Below are positions 12,092 through 23,217 of a stretch of DNA of 64,000 nucleotides, one piece after another; position 1 is the first letter of the stretch, and each line of letters opens with the position of its first letter. The stretch is taken from assembly GCA_010015805.1 (NCBI GenBank), contig ML978124.1, forward strand, positions 2,232,001 through 2,296,000. Reading direction: 5' to 3'. This DNA comes from Rhizodiscina lignyota (lineage: Eukaryota). The translations under genes were made by a program, and so were the position numbers. The notes under the pieces were generated by a model. That model was not told the origin of the DNA and did not search any database. It saw only the letters and a program-made list of their open reading frames with translations.

Positions 12092-13375
12092 TCAAGAACC
12101 TTTCGCCATCGACGCCATGTTCCTGACGGCCTTGCCGTCAGCGAGTTTCATTCCCCGAAACCACCCAAGTACCTCGCAGTCCTCACACCTGACAATCTTT
12201 TCGAGCAACTTGACGCGCTCTTTCAGTTTGTCGTTCTCGCTCTTCTCCTTTTGTCGCTCGCGTTCGAGCTGCTTGATGTAGGATGTCGCACTGGAGAGGA
12301 TCACCGCCTTGCTTGGCTTGTTGAGAGCCGGGTTGGGAAGATCCTCAATGTCTGCTCGATCGGCAGCGCCGTTGCAGGTGTCCGAAGGCGGCTGTTGAAG
12401 AGACGGGATGACTCGTCTTAGACCTTCGAGTTGTGCGTTGATTGATTCGCGGTATTTACGCTCGACTTGATTGTGTGGCATCCGGCCGCGGCCACGGGAT
12501 GCCCTGGACGTTGCGTATGCAACAGGAGGCGGGCTGTCGTCTGATACAGTTGAGGCCGGCTCCTGTTTGACTTTTATTCTAGTGTCGTTGGTCAGATCCT
12601 GTAGTGGTTCTTCTGATTCATCTCGGTCGTGCCTTTTCAAAAGTCGTTCTGGGGCCAGGGAATCGGGAGATACCGAGTTCTCGATGTCAGTCGGTGAGAT
12701 CAGTGCTTCCGGTGACTCGAGATTGATATTGTTCGAAAAGAGGAACGGCGCACATAGTCCTTCGCATGTGGACGGGTTGGGCGGAGTCCCTTCTTTGTCG
12801 AACTTGGGGCAGAGTGGTGAAGTCCAGCAAGACGATCGGTTGTCCGGTCGGGACGCGTCTCTTGATCGTTTCGTCGACGTCGTCGTCGTCGTTGTCCAGT
12901 CTCTCTCGTAGGGTTCGGTCGACTGGTTTTGTGTAGAGCCGTTGAGGTCTACCGGCGGGAAGCTCAGCTTATTGAAGGCTGGGTCTTCGAAGAGCGCCTG
13001 GATGGCAGGGTCGGCGAAGTCCAGGATGTCTGGAGACTGGGTCGATGATTGGGTTGATGGAATGTTGATGCTGTCCTCCTCTGGGGACATAGAAGAAGAC
13101 ATGTTCATAGCGTCGTGTGGTAATGAGAAGAAGTCTTGCTCGATGGATGGATCGAGGTAGTCGTAGTCCTGTAGCTGCGCAGTGGCAGAGGGGGCAAGAG
13201 TCGGGTCTGACTGGAGCTGCATTGTCGATTTGAAAGGGTTCATTGGACGGTAGGTGGTGCGATTGAAAGTGTCTCCTGATACAAAGTCCTGCTCACCCTG
13301 GTTGGTCGGGATGAGATCGGAGTATGTGAGGCTGTTCCTCGATCGCCGTTGTTGCGGTAAATAGCTAGACCCCAT
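12092..13375 (-). CDS. bHLH transcription factor
   Basis: C-terminal bHLH motif RMPHNQVERKYRESINAQLEGLRRVIPSL...KPSKAVILSSATSYIKQLE followed by a zipper-like stretch; 427-aa ORF. Confidence 0.9.
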   Translation of the reverse strand: MGSSYLPQQRRSRNSLTYSDLIPTNQGEQDFVSGDTFNRTTYRPMNPFKSTMQLQSDPTLAPSATAQLQDYDYLDPSIEQDFFSLPHDAMNMSSSMSPEEDSINIPSTQSSTQSPDILDFADPAIQALFEDPAFNKLSFPPVDLNGSTQNQSTEPYERDWTTTTTTSTKRSRDASRPDNRSSCWTSPLCPKFDKEGTPPNPSTCEGLCAPFLFSNNINLESPEALISPTDIENSVSPDSLAPERLLKRHDRDESEEPLQDLTNDTRIKVKQEPASTVSDDSPPPVAYATSRASRGRGRMPHNQVERKYRESINAQLEGLRRVIPSLQQPPSDTCNGAADRADIEDLPNPALNKPSKAVILSSATSYIKQLERERQKEKSENDKLKERVKLLEKIVRCEDCEVLGWFRGMKLADGKAVRNMASMAKGS

Positions 13376-14862
13376 GTTAAGTCTCAGGAGACAAGTATCA
13401 TGCGAGTCCGTGCTTGGTGCAGGTAGATGTGGTTGTTGGCGGGCTGTTGAGTCTGTTGGTCTGGTCGACTATGAGCGCATATGACGGAAGACTGAACAGT
13501 AGGTGTGTGATATATAGACTTCCAAAAAGAATTGAGAGTTAATCACAAGCGTCGCTTGGAAATGAGAAGCCTGAAGCGATAAACGTCGGGATCGTACGGT
13601 GTAAGTCCAAGGGAATTGTCTCGAATTCAAACCGAATGGAAGAGCCGACGTCCTAGGCGTAACCGTCTGTGACTGAGAGCGGTATCAGCCCAATCGCTCG
13701 AAGGCGTTGCTGGTGCACGGTTCTAGGCACATCACACCACCAGTTGGGATGTTAGCATGTCAGCGGGAATAACAGGGGCGAGGCCAGAATGTCAGGCCAT
13801 CATCTGGTGAGCGACGACGGAATCCTTGGGCGCCACGCTATTGCTGTTTAGGAATAATTTGGCTGTTTGTGAAAACGGAGCACGGATAAAGAATACGTGC
13901 TGACTGGCCGGGGACGTAACGTTCCACGCTGCAAATTAGGATAGTCAGGGTAAGTCTAAGGCTATGCCTGCCTACTGCAGTATAGGGCTCCTGGATTTAC
14001 GCACGTCGTAATTACCATCGTATAGAATACAGCGACACAGCCCCCTGAAATTCTCCGCATTGGCCAGGGTCTACTGCACGCTGCTGAGCGAGAAATGTCC
14101 GGATTCGCGGCGGCCTCCGTGGGCCCAATCTTCCCTTCATCCAGACCATTTTATTAAGGCTTTCCAGCATCCGCGAGAACCATCGTCGACCTATCTCACA
14201 TTTGGCGCATAAACGGCGGATCAAACCCAGATCTCCCCGACTTCGAGAACGTGGCGACCATGCTGAGCCCCCTACCTGCACGGGCGTCTTTCTCCGCCGT
14301 GCACCTCCACAGCGAGCCGTTATCGGTTTCAACTTTCACGAGCGCCGCGCACACAATGTCGCACTCAACAATGCCTAGGCATCTCGAACTGTCGTCACGA
14401 CCGCTCCATGACAATGCGAAATGAACGTCGAGAGCCGTGGAGGCCCGGTCTTTGCTCAATCTCTCAACTTTCAATCTCTCAGAGCGATTTCAATGAGCGT
14501 CGTCTTCAATGATCTTGTAGTCTTGTGTTTGTCACGACAGCTGAAATAGCTTCAGGAGTGGACAGTTCCACAAACCTCCGAGTATGGAGACGACTGAAGA
14601 TTGTAGTGAGTCTATGAAATCTTTAGTGTAGTGTCTATTGCTTTTGCAATGCCATCTCTGGCTCGGTCATTACTCTCTTTCTAACCTTACACGTGTACCG
14701 GGTTTCTTCAGCTTTACCTACCGTCCGTTTTGTGTTTGCATTCCAACTACTGTCACTCATTCATCATTATATCCGCTCGCACAGACATGTTTTCCAATCC
14801 GTGCTCAGGTTCGGAGAATTTAATCTATTTTCTTCAATTTTTGGGGCTGTCTACCTTGAAAC

Positions 14863-16030
14863 ATGGTATCTTCGCTTCTCATCCCAGCGCTGAGCGCGAT
14901 ATTAGCCATTGCTTCGCCGATCGACAACACCCAACCACGCGGCACGAATCCGATCTCCATTGCATCTGCAGAATTCCTGGGTAACCAAACCGCCGATAAC
15001 AGCTGCAGCCATCGCGATCTCGGCTTCCCAGGTTCGATAAACGGTAAATGGTATGCGGTCTACGGAGACACCTTGTGGTGCGCCCCAGGCGTGACGGATC
15101 CACTCAAGGACGACACCAGCTCATTCCATGGTATGGTCCGCGACTCGGTGTCTCTGATGACGGAGGACCCGCTCAAGGTGCACGACCTGTTCCTAAATGA
15201 CGATTCGCCGGTGCCGCACCAGAAACAGTTTGTTCCCTACAATGCTTCTTGGGGCGAGGACGCATCGTGGGGGTTTGGAGGCACAAGTCTTTGCGAGACG
15301 GATGCTGATGCCAAGGAGGCTGCAATATTCTTCCTTCGGGTGGGTCACATGCGGAAAGCGCGGCTACGCCGGCACAACTGACTCGAACAAGAACGCGAAC
15401 GACGACGGCCTGAAAGGCGCCGGTATTGGCCGAGTCAAAGTTCTCAATGGCACTCCAACGGTCGTTGAGCGATACGGTCACAACGGTTACTGGTGGGATT
15501 CGAGTACTAATCCGCGCTACGGGGACCTTCTGGCTTATTGCGACATCTGGTCTGACTACATATACGCAGTCGGAGGAGCGCCAACCAATGTAACGGATTT
15601 TATTGGGTCTTGTTATTCCTACATGGTGCGAGTCAAAAAATCGGAAGCGTTTGACCTTTCCAAGTACCAGTACTGGCACGGCGTACAGCGAGGTTGGAGC
15701 AGCACACGACTGGAAACTTTCAACTCTAATACGGCAATTTTCTGGGGCGTCGGACAGGGCCAGATTGTGTGGAATGCCCATTACGACTGCTATATTTTCG
15801 TCCATCTTAGTATAGCTGGCGACCAAGTCCTCCTCCGCACTGCGAAACGACCCGAAGGGCCTTGGTCAGCAGATGTTAAAGCCTATGACGTCTCGTCCTC
15901 GTCGCCCGGTGGCGGAATGGCATATGCAGGCGTTGCGTACCCATATCTTGACCACAGTGGCCAAACTCTTACGGTCGCGTACACAAAGATGCCGAATTGT
16001 ATCGAAGTTGTCAAACTCACTTTTGTGTAA
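14863..16030 (+). CDS. Secreted protein, DUF4185-like putative beta-propeller glycoside hydrolase, 2 exons
   Basis: Signal peptide MVSSLLIPALSAILAIASP. Intron 15340-15391 joins two ORFs in frame. Motifs RDLG...YGDT, YQYWHG..GWS, IVWNAHYDCYIFV, RTAKRPEGPWS and YAGVAYP. Confidence 0.6.
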
Positions 16031-16037
16031 ACCAATT

Positions 16038-17100
16038 CCAACCTCAATGCATTCAATCATAAGTCAGAACGAGTCTCGAAACACAACCAAACCGTTCGCT
16101 ACATGTGCTTTCAATTTTTAAATCTCTCTACTCGGCCCTCACAACCATATCAGCGCACTTCTTTCTATCCTACTTCAACACTCCCTTTCCCTTTCCCTTT
16201 TCCGCCCTTGCACCGAGCCCCCTATCTGCCCCGCCCTGCCTGCTACTCTCACGGTCTCATACACGGAGAGGCCAACTCTTATAGAGGTCATCAAGCTCAT
16301 GTTTGCAAGAATGAATCCCAAACTCAACGCATGAGATCCTAAGTCAGAAGGAGTCTCCGATGCCGATCGAACCATTCGCTGAACCCCGTTCCGCGAATCA
16401 AATCTCTCTCTTCAACTCTAACAGCCCTATCTCCGCACTATTTCCTGTCTTTTCTCCACCCTCTCCTTCTCCCATTGCGTCCCCTCCGCTGAGTTCCCGC
16501 CCCGCCCCGCTGTGATCAAACTCTTGATCTCGTACACAAGACCCCCAACCGTATCGAGCCCGTCAAGCTTTCGTTTACGTAATGGCAGTCCAACCTCTGC
16601 GCATGGAACTTGAAGTCAGACGGAGTTTCCTGATCTATTGAAGCCGTTCACTACACATCGTTTCACGTATTCAACTTTCCTGCTCAGCTTAGCCGCGTGC
16701 GCTTCCCGTGCTTGCTTTCAATTTCGCCCTGTATCTGTTTAACACGCACAACTCCGTCGACACAAGCAGACACCCAATTGTGTAGAGATCGTCAAGATTC
16801 ATTTGGTATTAATGAATTTCACCTTCGACAGGTGTCTGCCCAATACCCGGGCACCGCTCAGTAAAGCACACGCAGCCTCAACGCATCCAAGTCAAACTCC
16901 AAAGGAAACCCCCGTTCAATTAAAACTGTTCGCCAGAAACCGTCTCAATTCCGCAACGTCCTCACTCTCCGCCCTCCACTCCATCCCCTCGCCCTCCCTC
17001 CTCTCTCCATCACCACGCTCCTCCACCCTTCCACTCCCCTCCGCCGAGCTTCCTCTCTGCCCACCCATCTCCCTCCTCCGCTCCTCCGCCCTCCTCCTCG
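16038..17100. repeat. Degenerate tandem array, ~280-bp period, about 4 copies
   Basis: An anchor motif CTC(A/T)(A/G)(C/T)GCAT-N8-AAGTCAGA.GGAGT...AACC.TTCGC recurs at 16043, 16323, 16595 and 16877 (spacings 280, 272, 282), with pyrimidine-rich tracts following. Confidence 0.75.
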
Positions 17101-17490
17101 AGCTCCTCTCCTCCTTTGTCCTCTTGTTCCTCTCCTCCCTCTCCCTCCTCTCCACAACTCGTTCTTCCTCTGTTGGCGGCACCCGGCCCAGATCGGCCCA
17201 GGCGCGGCGTGCGCGCAGGTGTTCTTCCACGCCTGCCCGCTCGGGGGCGCGGCGCGCGGCGACGAGGTCGGCGTAGGTGCGCGGTGAGGTGCGCGCGGAG
17301 AAGGTGTGTTGTACAGGGGAGCTGTACGTAGGGTTACCTGGTTCTTTGCTTAAGGGGGGCGGGAGGGTACTTGCAGTGAAGGTGGGGAGGGTGCTTGAGT
17401 GCCCCTTGGGCGCGGCGCGGCGGCGGGTTGCTGGGTGGTAGTTGGGATGGTGGCGTCCTGCGCCGGGGAGGAGGAGGTGGTTGGAGACAT
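16916..17490 (-). CDS. Hypothetical low-complexity (Pro/Arg/Glu-rich) protein; structure uncertain
   Basis: TATA-like TATATATA at ~17563-17570 and an ATG in good context at 17490. The charged ORF ending at 16916 is in a different frame from that ATG. Confidence 0.35.
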
Positions 17491-17820
17491 TGTTGTGGGT
17501 GGCGGTGGAGGTTAAGGTGAGTTTCTAGAGAAGGAAAGGAAAAAGCAAGGTTGAACAAGCGGTATATATATGGTCCTGTCAATAGGCAGCAGTCAATAGG
17601 TCCTGTGAATAATATCAAGGCCGCGGCGGCTACAATCGGCCATTGATGCTGTCCATCGCATCCGCGGAGCGCAGGACAACGAGACAATAGCAACGATCAC
17701 GGGCTAGCTAGGCAGGGTAATATGATTTTATTAGCGACGTCATCAATCTAACGACGTGCTTAGGTACGCTATAGAACCGCACGGCGAAAAAAATGCATAA
17801 CATACAAGCCTCAAGAAACG

Positions 17821-19623
17821 CTACCTCCCCAATCCAAACCCTCCTCTCTTCTCATCTCTCGCGCCAAGTCCATCTCCCACGGGAGCAGGCGGTGGCTCAT
17901 AATCTGGCCGCGGTCCATCAACAGGTGGCAGATCTGACGCAATGGCATCCTCATAGCTGGGCGGAGCATCGTCATAGCCCGGTGGTACACTGGATTGGAC
18001 ATGCGCCTGGGGAGGCTGGCTGTGCTTAGTCGGGCTTGGGAGATAGCTGCTTTGCATTCCCGTGGGACTAGGATCGTAGACTGGGGAGGCCTCGCTCTCT
18101 CGTCGTGGAGGTTTGAGGGGTAGCTTCTCTGGGGGGGAGTTGTGCATTGCCTCGAGGAGGGCGGCGGGTGGACGGATGCCGGAGAAGACTTTGACGGGCA
18201 GACGGAGGGGAAGGACGGTCATTTGGCCCTGCATTTCGTGTAAGTACATTTCTTTGTGGTACTCAATTGGTTAATGGACTTACCCCTTTCTCGGTGCCGT
18301 ATCCCAGTCCCACGCTGATCTCCAGTTCATACTCCCTCTTCAGATTACACGTCACGAAAGTCGGAGCTACAGTGTTGGGCAGCTGCCTTCCAAACCAATA
18401 CTCCTTATTGATCTCCGTTTCGGCGCCCACTGGATCACTCGGCGAGCCCAGAGGAACACCCATATTTGCTGCCGTAACCAGCACCCAGCTATTCGACTCC
18501 CTCCGCTGCACCTCATGCGCTCTGACAAGCGTGTATCCAATTAGCACGACCTGCAGACTCTGCAGATATACAGGCTGATCCCGCTCGCTCAGCTGCTTCA
18601 CGATGATGCGCACGGGCAGGTCTTCATTGCACGTTATGATGGCGGGATTGGGCAGGCGGGCGTCAACGCTGAAGCGAGGAGGAGTTTTGAAGGCGTCGTC
18701 CGGTGCGGACATGGTCGTGGGCGACTTTTTGAAGAGGTTGGGGAAGGTGGCGCGGCGTCCCGCGTCTACTGGTGAGAGCAAGTCGGGGTTTTGGAATTGG
18801 TGTTGGCGCCGAGCGTATGTTTCTCCGTCGGAGCGCTGTCTGGGTGGTTCGATTGGAAAGAAATTGAATGGTACAATCTGTGTGATGATTTATTAGCCTC
18901 TTGATATTCCAATCTTTGAGCGCGAGTGCTTCGAGACTTACTGCGCGGGGATTCTGCTGCAGCAGTTGCGGGCGATTGACAGTGACTTTGCAGTAGTATC
19001 GAATCTCTGCTTCACCAGGGAAGTAGAGAGTGGGAGGCAACGTCGTCTTGACATGATGGGTGGGCGTTCTCGCAACCTCGAGACTCAGTCCCATAAAGCT
19101 GGAATTCAACTGAAGAGGATTCGGAGTATTACAAGCATTATTGAAGGGTATCTGTTTATGTTAGCCGCTTCTATGGCCGCTCCACATGAAGTGCAACGGC
19201 GCACCTTAAAAGAAAAGGGGTATTCGTGAATTCCAGGCGGTATGGTGTAGTTTCGTTCGAAGCCACCTTGGTCTGTAACTTGGCGAGGAGGCCATACTAC
19301 TTGCACTTTGTACAGGAGCTAGATAACAAGGTCTATCAGTTACAAGTCTTATTGGAATTCGCTAAATAGTGCTGCCTGAAGAACTATGGAATATCGCCAT
19401 GTCCAGACAGACGTACCTTGTGCACCTCCAGGACCGGCCTCGGCTTGTCATTGTATCCAGGCCGTCCTTGACTGATCAACCTCGTCCTCGACTCGCCCTC
19501 CAGCTTGACCGTGATGTTATTGACAGCATTGGCACTGCTCGTCTTCAGCACCACCTTCCCAGTGATCTCGTCTAGGTTGGTGAAGTGGTTCCTAGGCTTA
19601 TCGAGGAAGAGGTTGACGTTCAT
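17821..19623 (-). CDS. Alpha-arrestin (arrestin-related trafficking adaptor), multi-exon
   Basis: Arrestin-N motifs (ITGKVVL...NITVKLEGESRT, PPGIHEYPFSFK, LPPTL...AEIRYYCKVTVNRP), APTFVTCNLKREYELEISVG, and C-terminal PY motifs PPGY and PPSY. Confidence 0.85.
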
Positions 19624-20196
19624 AGCTTGATTGATTGTCTATCACCACATGAAGCTTGGGTGTGGCTTTCATCACAGTCCTCAGGCAACAAAGAAGAAAG
19701 TTCGTAAGGCTGTGCCACAGGGCCGTGGTGTGTCTTGTGCCGCCGATTTATATGGCGTCACGCGGAATGGGACGGGTACCGGTCTTCACTCAGTCAGGCA
19801 ATGGGAGGCTTAAGAAGGTGCAATTGAGCTTCATCCTGACGCGCTGAACTCGAACGCGCGTCGTTGCTCTCGTCCGACGGGGCTTTGAGCTTCGTTTAGC
19901 GGCGCGAAGGTCGTGAGGCTTTGAGGCTGTGCAGTGAGTCTTCGAGAAAGTGCGAGCGAGGGACGCTGGGCAGTCAGAGCCGGCGGCGGACACAGGTACA
20001 CGTCTTGGCAGGGCTACGTCAAACATGCGTCGCGTGCAATCCCTGCAGCACCGAAAGTTGATCAAACACCAAACCCTCTCCGCATCGTCTCCCAAACACC
20101 CCTCGAAACAAACTGCCATCACCCTCCTCCTTCTTACTTCAGCTGCAGACAGCTTAGAGCGAGGACGAAGCTGCAGAAGCAGCACCACCGCCCATC

Positions 20197-21023
20197 ATGG
20201 TAAGTCATCCCTCATACAAACGACCCACTGCTCCAGAACAAAGCTAACACTCTCACAGGCACGTAACTCTGAAAAAGCCCAGTCCATGCTCTTCCGCTTC
20301 CGCGCCCAGCAAGCCGCTGACCTCGGTATCCTCGACGTCGGCCGCACGCGCCGGCCCAAAGTCATCACCAGCATTGACAGTATCCCCGTCGCCGAGAAAT
20401 GGCGCGGCCAGGTGCTGAAAGAGATATCGCGCAAGGTGTCGCGCATCCAGGACGAGGCGCTGAGCGACTACCAGATCCGCGACCTCAACGACGAGATCAA
20501 CAAGCTATTCCGCGAGAAGTGGGTGTGGGAGCGGCAGATTCGGACGCTTGGCGGGCCGAATTATATGCGCGGCGGAGCGGTGGTGGACGACGATGGGAAG
20601 GAAGTTCCTGGTGGAGGCAAGGGGTATAGGTACTTTGGGCGCGCGAGGGAGTTGCCGGGTGTGAAGGAGCTGTTCGAGCAAGCGAAGGAGCCGCCGGATA
20701 GGGCGAAACGCGCGACGGAGAACAAGACAAGGGCGGAGTTGAGCAAGAACGTGGACGCAGCGTATTACGGGTATATGGATGAGGATGAGTCGTTGCTGGC
20801 ATACGAGGCCCAGAGGGAGAAGGAGGCATGGGATAAGTTTGCCGCTATGCCGGACGATTTGGATGACGATGCGGAAGAGGTAAAGACGGGAATGAAGCGA
20901 AGCAGGAAGAAGGAAGAGTGGGAGCCGATTCCTGATTTTATCATCCCGACTGTCCAAGAGGTTCAGGAACACCTGTTAGAGAGGAGACGTAAGAGGCTGA
21001 TGGAGAAGCTCGGTGATGAGTGA
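20197..21023 (+). CDS. ISY1: Pre-mRNA splicing factor Isy1
   Basis: ATG-only first coding exon (20197-20199), intron 20200-20258, then ARNSEKAQSMLFRF...EKWRGQVLKEISRKVSRIQD..LSDYQIRDLNDEINKLFREK..WE..I..LGGPNY and GYRYFGRARELPGVKELF. Confidence 0.95.
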
Positions 21024-21420
21024 TGAGCCATGCGAACTCCTATGGACAGGCTCACTAGCATGAAAATATTGAAAAGCTGGATAGTCACTCCAGTGATGGC
21101 TCCTTCTGGATTTCTGTCAACGGACAAGGAGTGGAACTGAAACGGCCGGACTTTGTGGCATGAGCATCTTTAAAAGGGAAATTGGATTGTCAATGCAGCG
21201 AGGGCGTTTCTGGAGTTGATGACGAGCTGCAAGCAAGATACACCTCACGGCCTCACTGGCACAAGCATGTGGAAAAATGAGAAAGTCAATGACTCGAAAA
21301 TACTTCATTTCTTTTTTGTTCATGGACTTCAAGCATATATACCCTCTAAAGCCGGCTACGCCGCGCCAGAAATGCACAAAGGTACAAATGCCATGCAAAA
21401 CTCCAATCGTGACCAAGCTT

Positions 21421-23217
21421 TTAGTCTTCGTCCCAGTTGGGATTTGGTCCAGGCGGTTTCGGCCCACCCGCCTGCCTCGCGACAATGATCTGATCGACGC
21501 TCAGCACCGTCCTCGCCGCCTCAGTCGCCAGCTTGATCGCCCACTGCTTCGTGACCAGCAGATCGAGGATACCTTCCTCCACCGCATCGACAATACCGGT
21601 GCCGTCTTCGTTCTCGATGTCGACGCCGCGGCTCCATGTGACTTCCTTATCTTGGCCCTTGCGCCCCTTGGCCACCTGCTGCTGTTGTGAGTGCGCCGTG
21701 TACAGCCTGCTCAGAACCTCTGTGGCGTCTAGACCGGCTGATTCTGCGAGCGTTCGGGGGATGACTTCGAATGCCTCGCCGTACTTGCGGATGGCGTACT
21801 GTGACAGGCCGGGCGTCTTCTCACCGAATGCGCGTATGCGCTCGACGAGCTGCATTTCTGTTGCGCCTGCGCCAGGCACGAGTCGTGCGTCTTTTGTGAT
21901 GGCCTTGAAGACATTGACACCATCGTCGACGGCTCGCTCCACGTCATCGAGGTGATTCTGCGTCGCGCCTCGTAGCACCAATGTCGCTGTTCTCGTGGTA
22001 TCATTCTCTTGTCTGAATACCGTCACTCGGTCACCGCCAATCTCCAGCGTTTCAACAACGTCGACGCTGCCCATCTCGTCGGGCATCGGTGCGCCCAGAC
22101 GAGCAAGAGGCGTGGCGCCCACCACGCGACACAGCCTCCGAAGCTCGAACTTCGAAAGGATCTTGATTACGAGCATATTGGAGCGATTGAGATAATGCAG
22201 CGCCAACTCCCCAATCGTAGACCCCGCAATCACAACCCTCACGCCCGAATCATGCAGCTCCTTGATAATCTGCTCCATCTGCGCTTCCTCGCCCTTTGTG
22301 AAATCCAACATCTCCTTCGCATTGTGCAGCAGCACCGTGCCCTTTGTCTCTGTCTGCGAAATGTCGATCGGGCACGAGAACACTCCTACTTTTGCTTTCA
22401 CCGCCTTCTTGATCGTGCCGTCGGGCTCGCGCCCAAACACCATGCCCTTGACTACCTTGCTCTGGTCCAGGCTACCACCCATAATCTTCACCACGCGGAT
22501 GTTATCGACGTTGAAGTTGTTCGGGTTCTTCGGGAGGACTGCGAGGACAGCTTCGGCGACCATATCGGCGAGGATGTCTTCGTTGCCTGATTGCTTTGCC
22601 GCAACCACTGTACGAATAGCTTTCGAAAGCTCCTCGAGCGAGCGCAGGTCGGTGACCTTATCGACTTCCAGCTCTGCATGACAAAATCAGCAACATCACA
22701 ACTTAAAAAGCCGGAAATCCCCTTAACCCACCTTCCAGCGTCTTAAGCGCAAAATCCTGCGCCCTCTCATACCCCTGCACTATATCACTTGTCTTGAGCC
22801 CCATCCTCAGCAGCTCCTCAGCCTTCTTCAACAGCTCTCCTGCCAGAACAATCACCATGTTCGTGGCATCACCCATCTCCGCCTCCTGCTGGTGGCTCGC
22901 CATAACCAAGAGCTTCGCAGCGGGGTGTACGACCTCGAGCTCTCGCAGAATCGTCGCGGCGTCCGACGTGAGAATCATCTTCTGGAGATGGTTGATGACG
23001 ATCTTGTTGCGGCCATATGGGCCTAAGGATGTCTGCACGGTGTGTGCGATCGTGGTGCAGGCGTCGATGTTGCGAATAACGGCGCCATCTTCGGCGTCGT
23101 AGCTACGCGAATGATGTTAGTGGGAGTTTGGCGTTTGAAGGAGAGAGGCTGGACATACTTCTGGTAGCCTTGTTTGAAGAGACCGGCATTCGGCGCGCTT
23201 GGTATTGAGAGGGACAT
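21421..23217 (-). CDS. CCT8: T-complex protein 1 subunit theta (chaperonin CCT8), 3 exons
   Basis: MSLSIPSAPNAGLFKQGY, TSLGPYGRNKIVINHLQKMILTSDAATILRELEVVHPAAK, GDATN, VLSVDQIIVARQAGGPKPP...WDED. Confidence 0.95.

Noticed and set aside
16038..16930. CRISPR-like or C/D snoRNA reading of the tandem array
   Set aside because: Eukaryotic context, units of ~280 bp that are homologous throughout and diverged, and CTGA present without a consistent box C (RUGAUGA).
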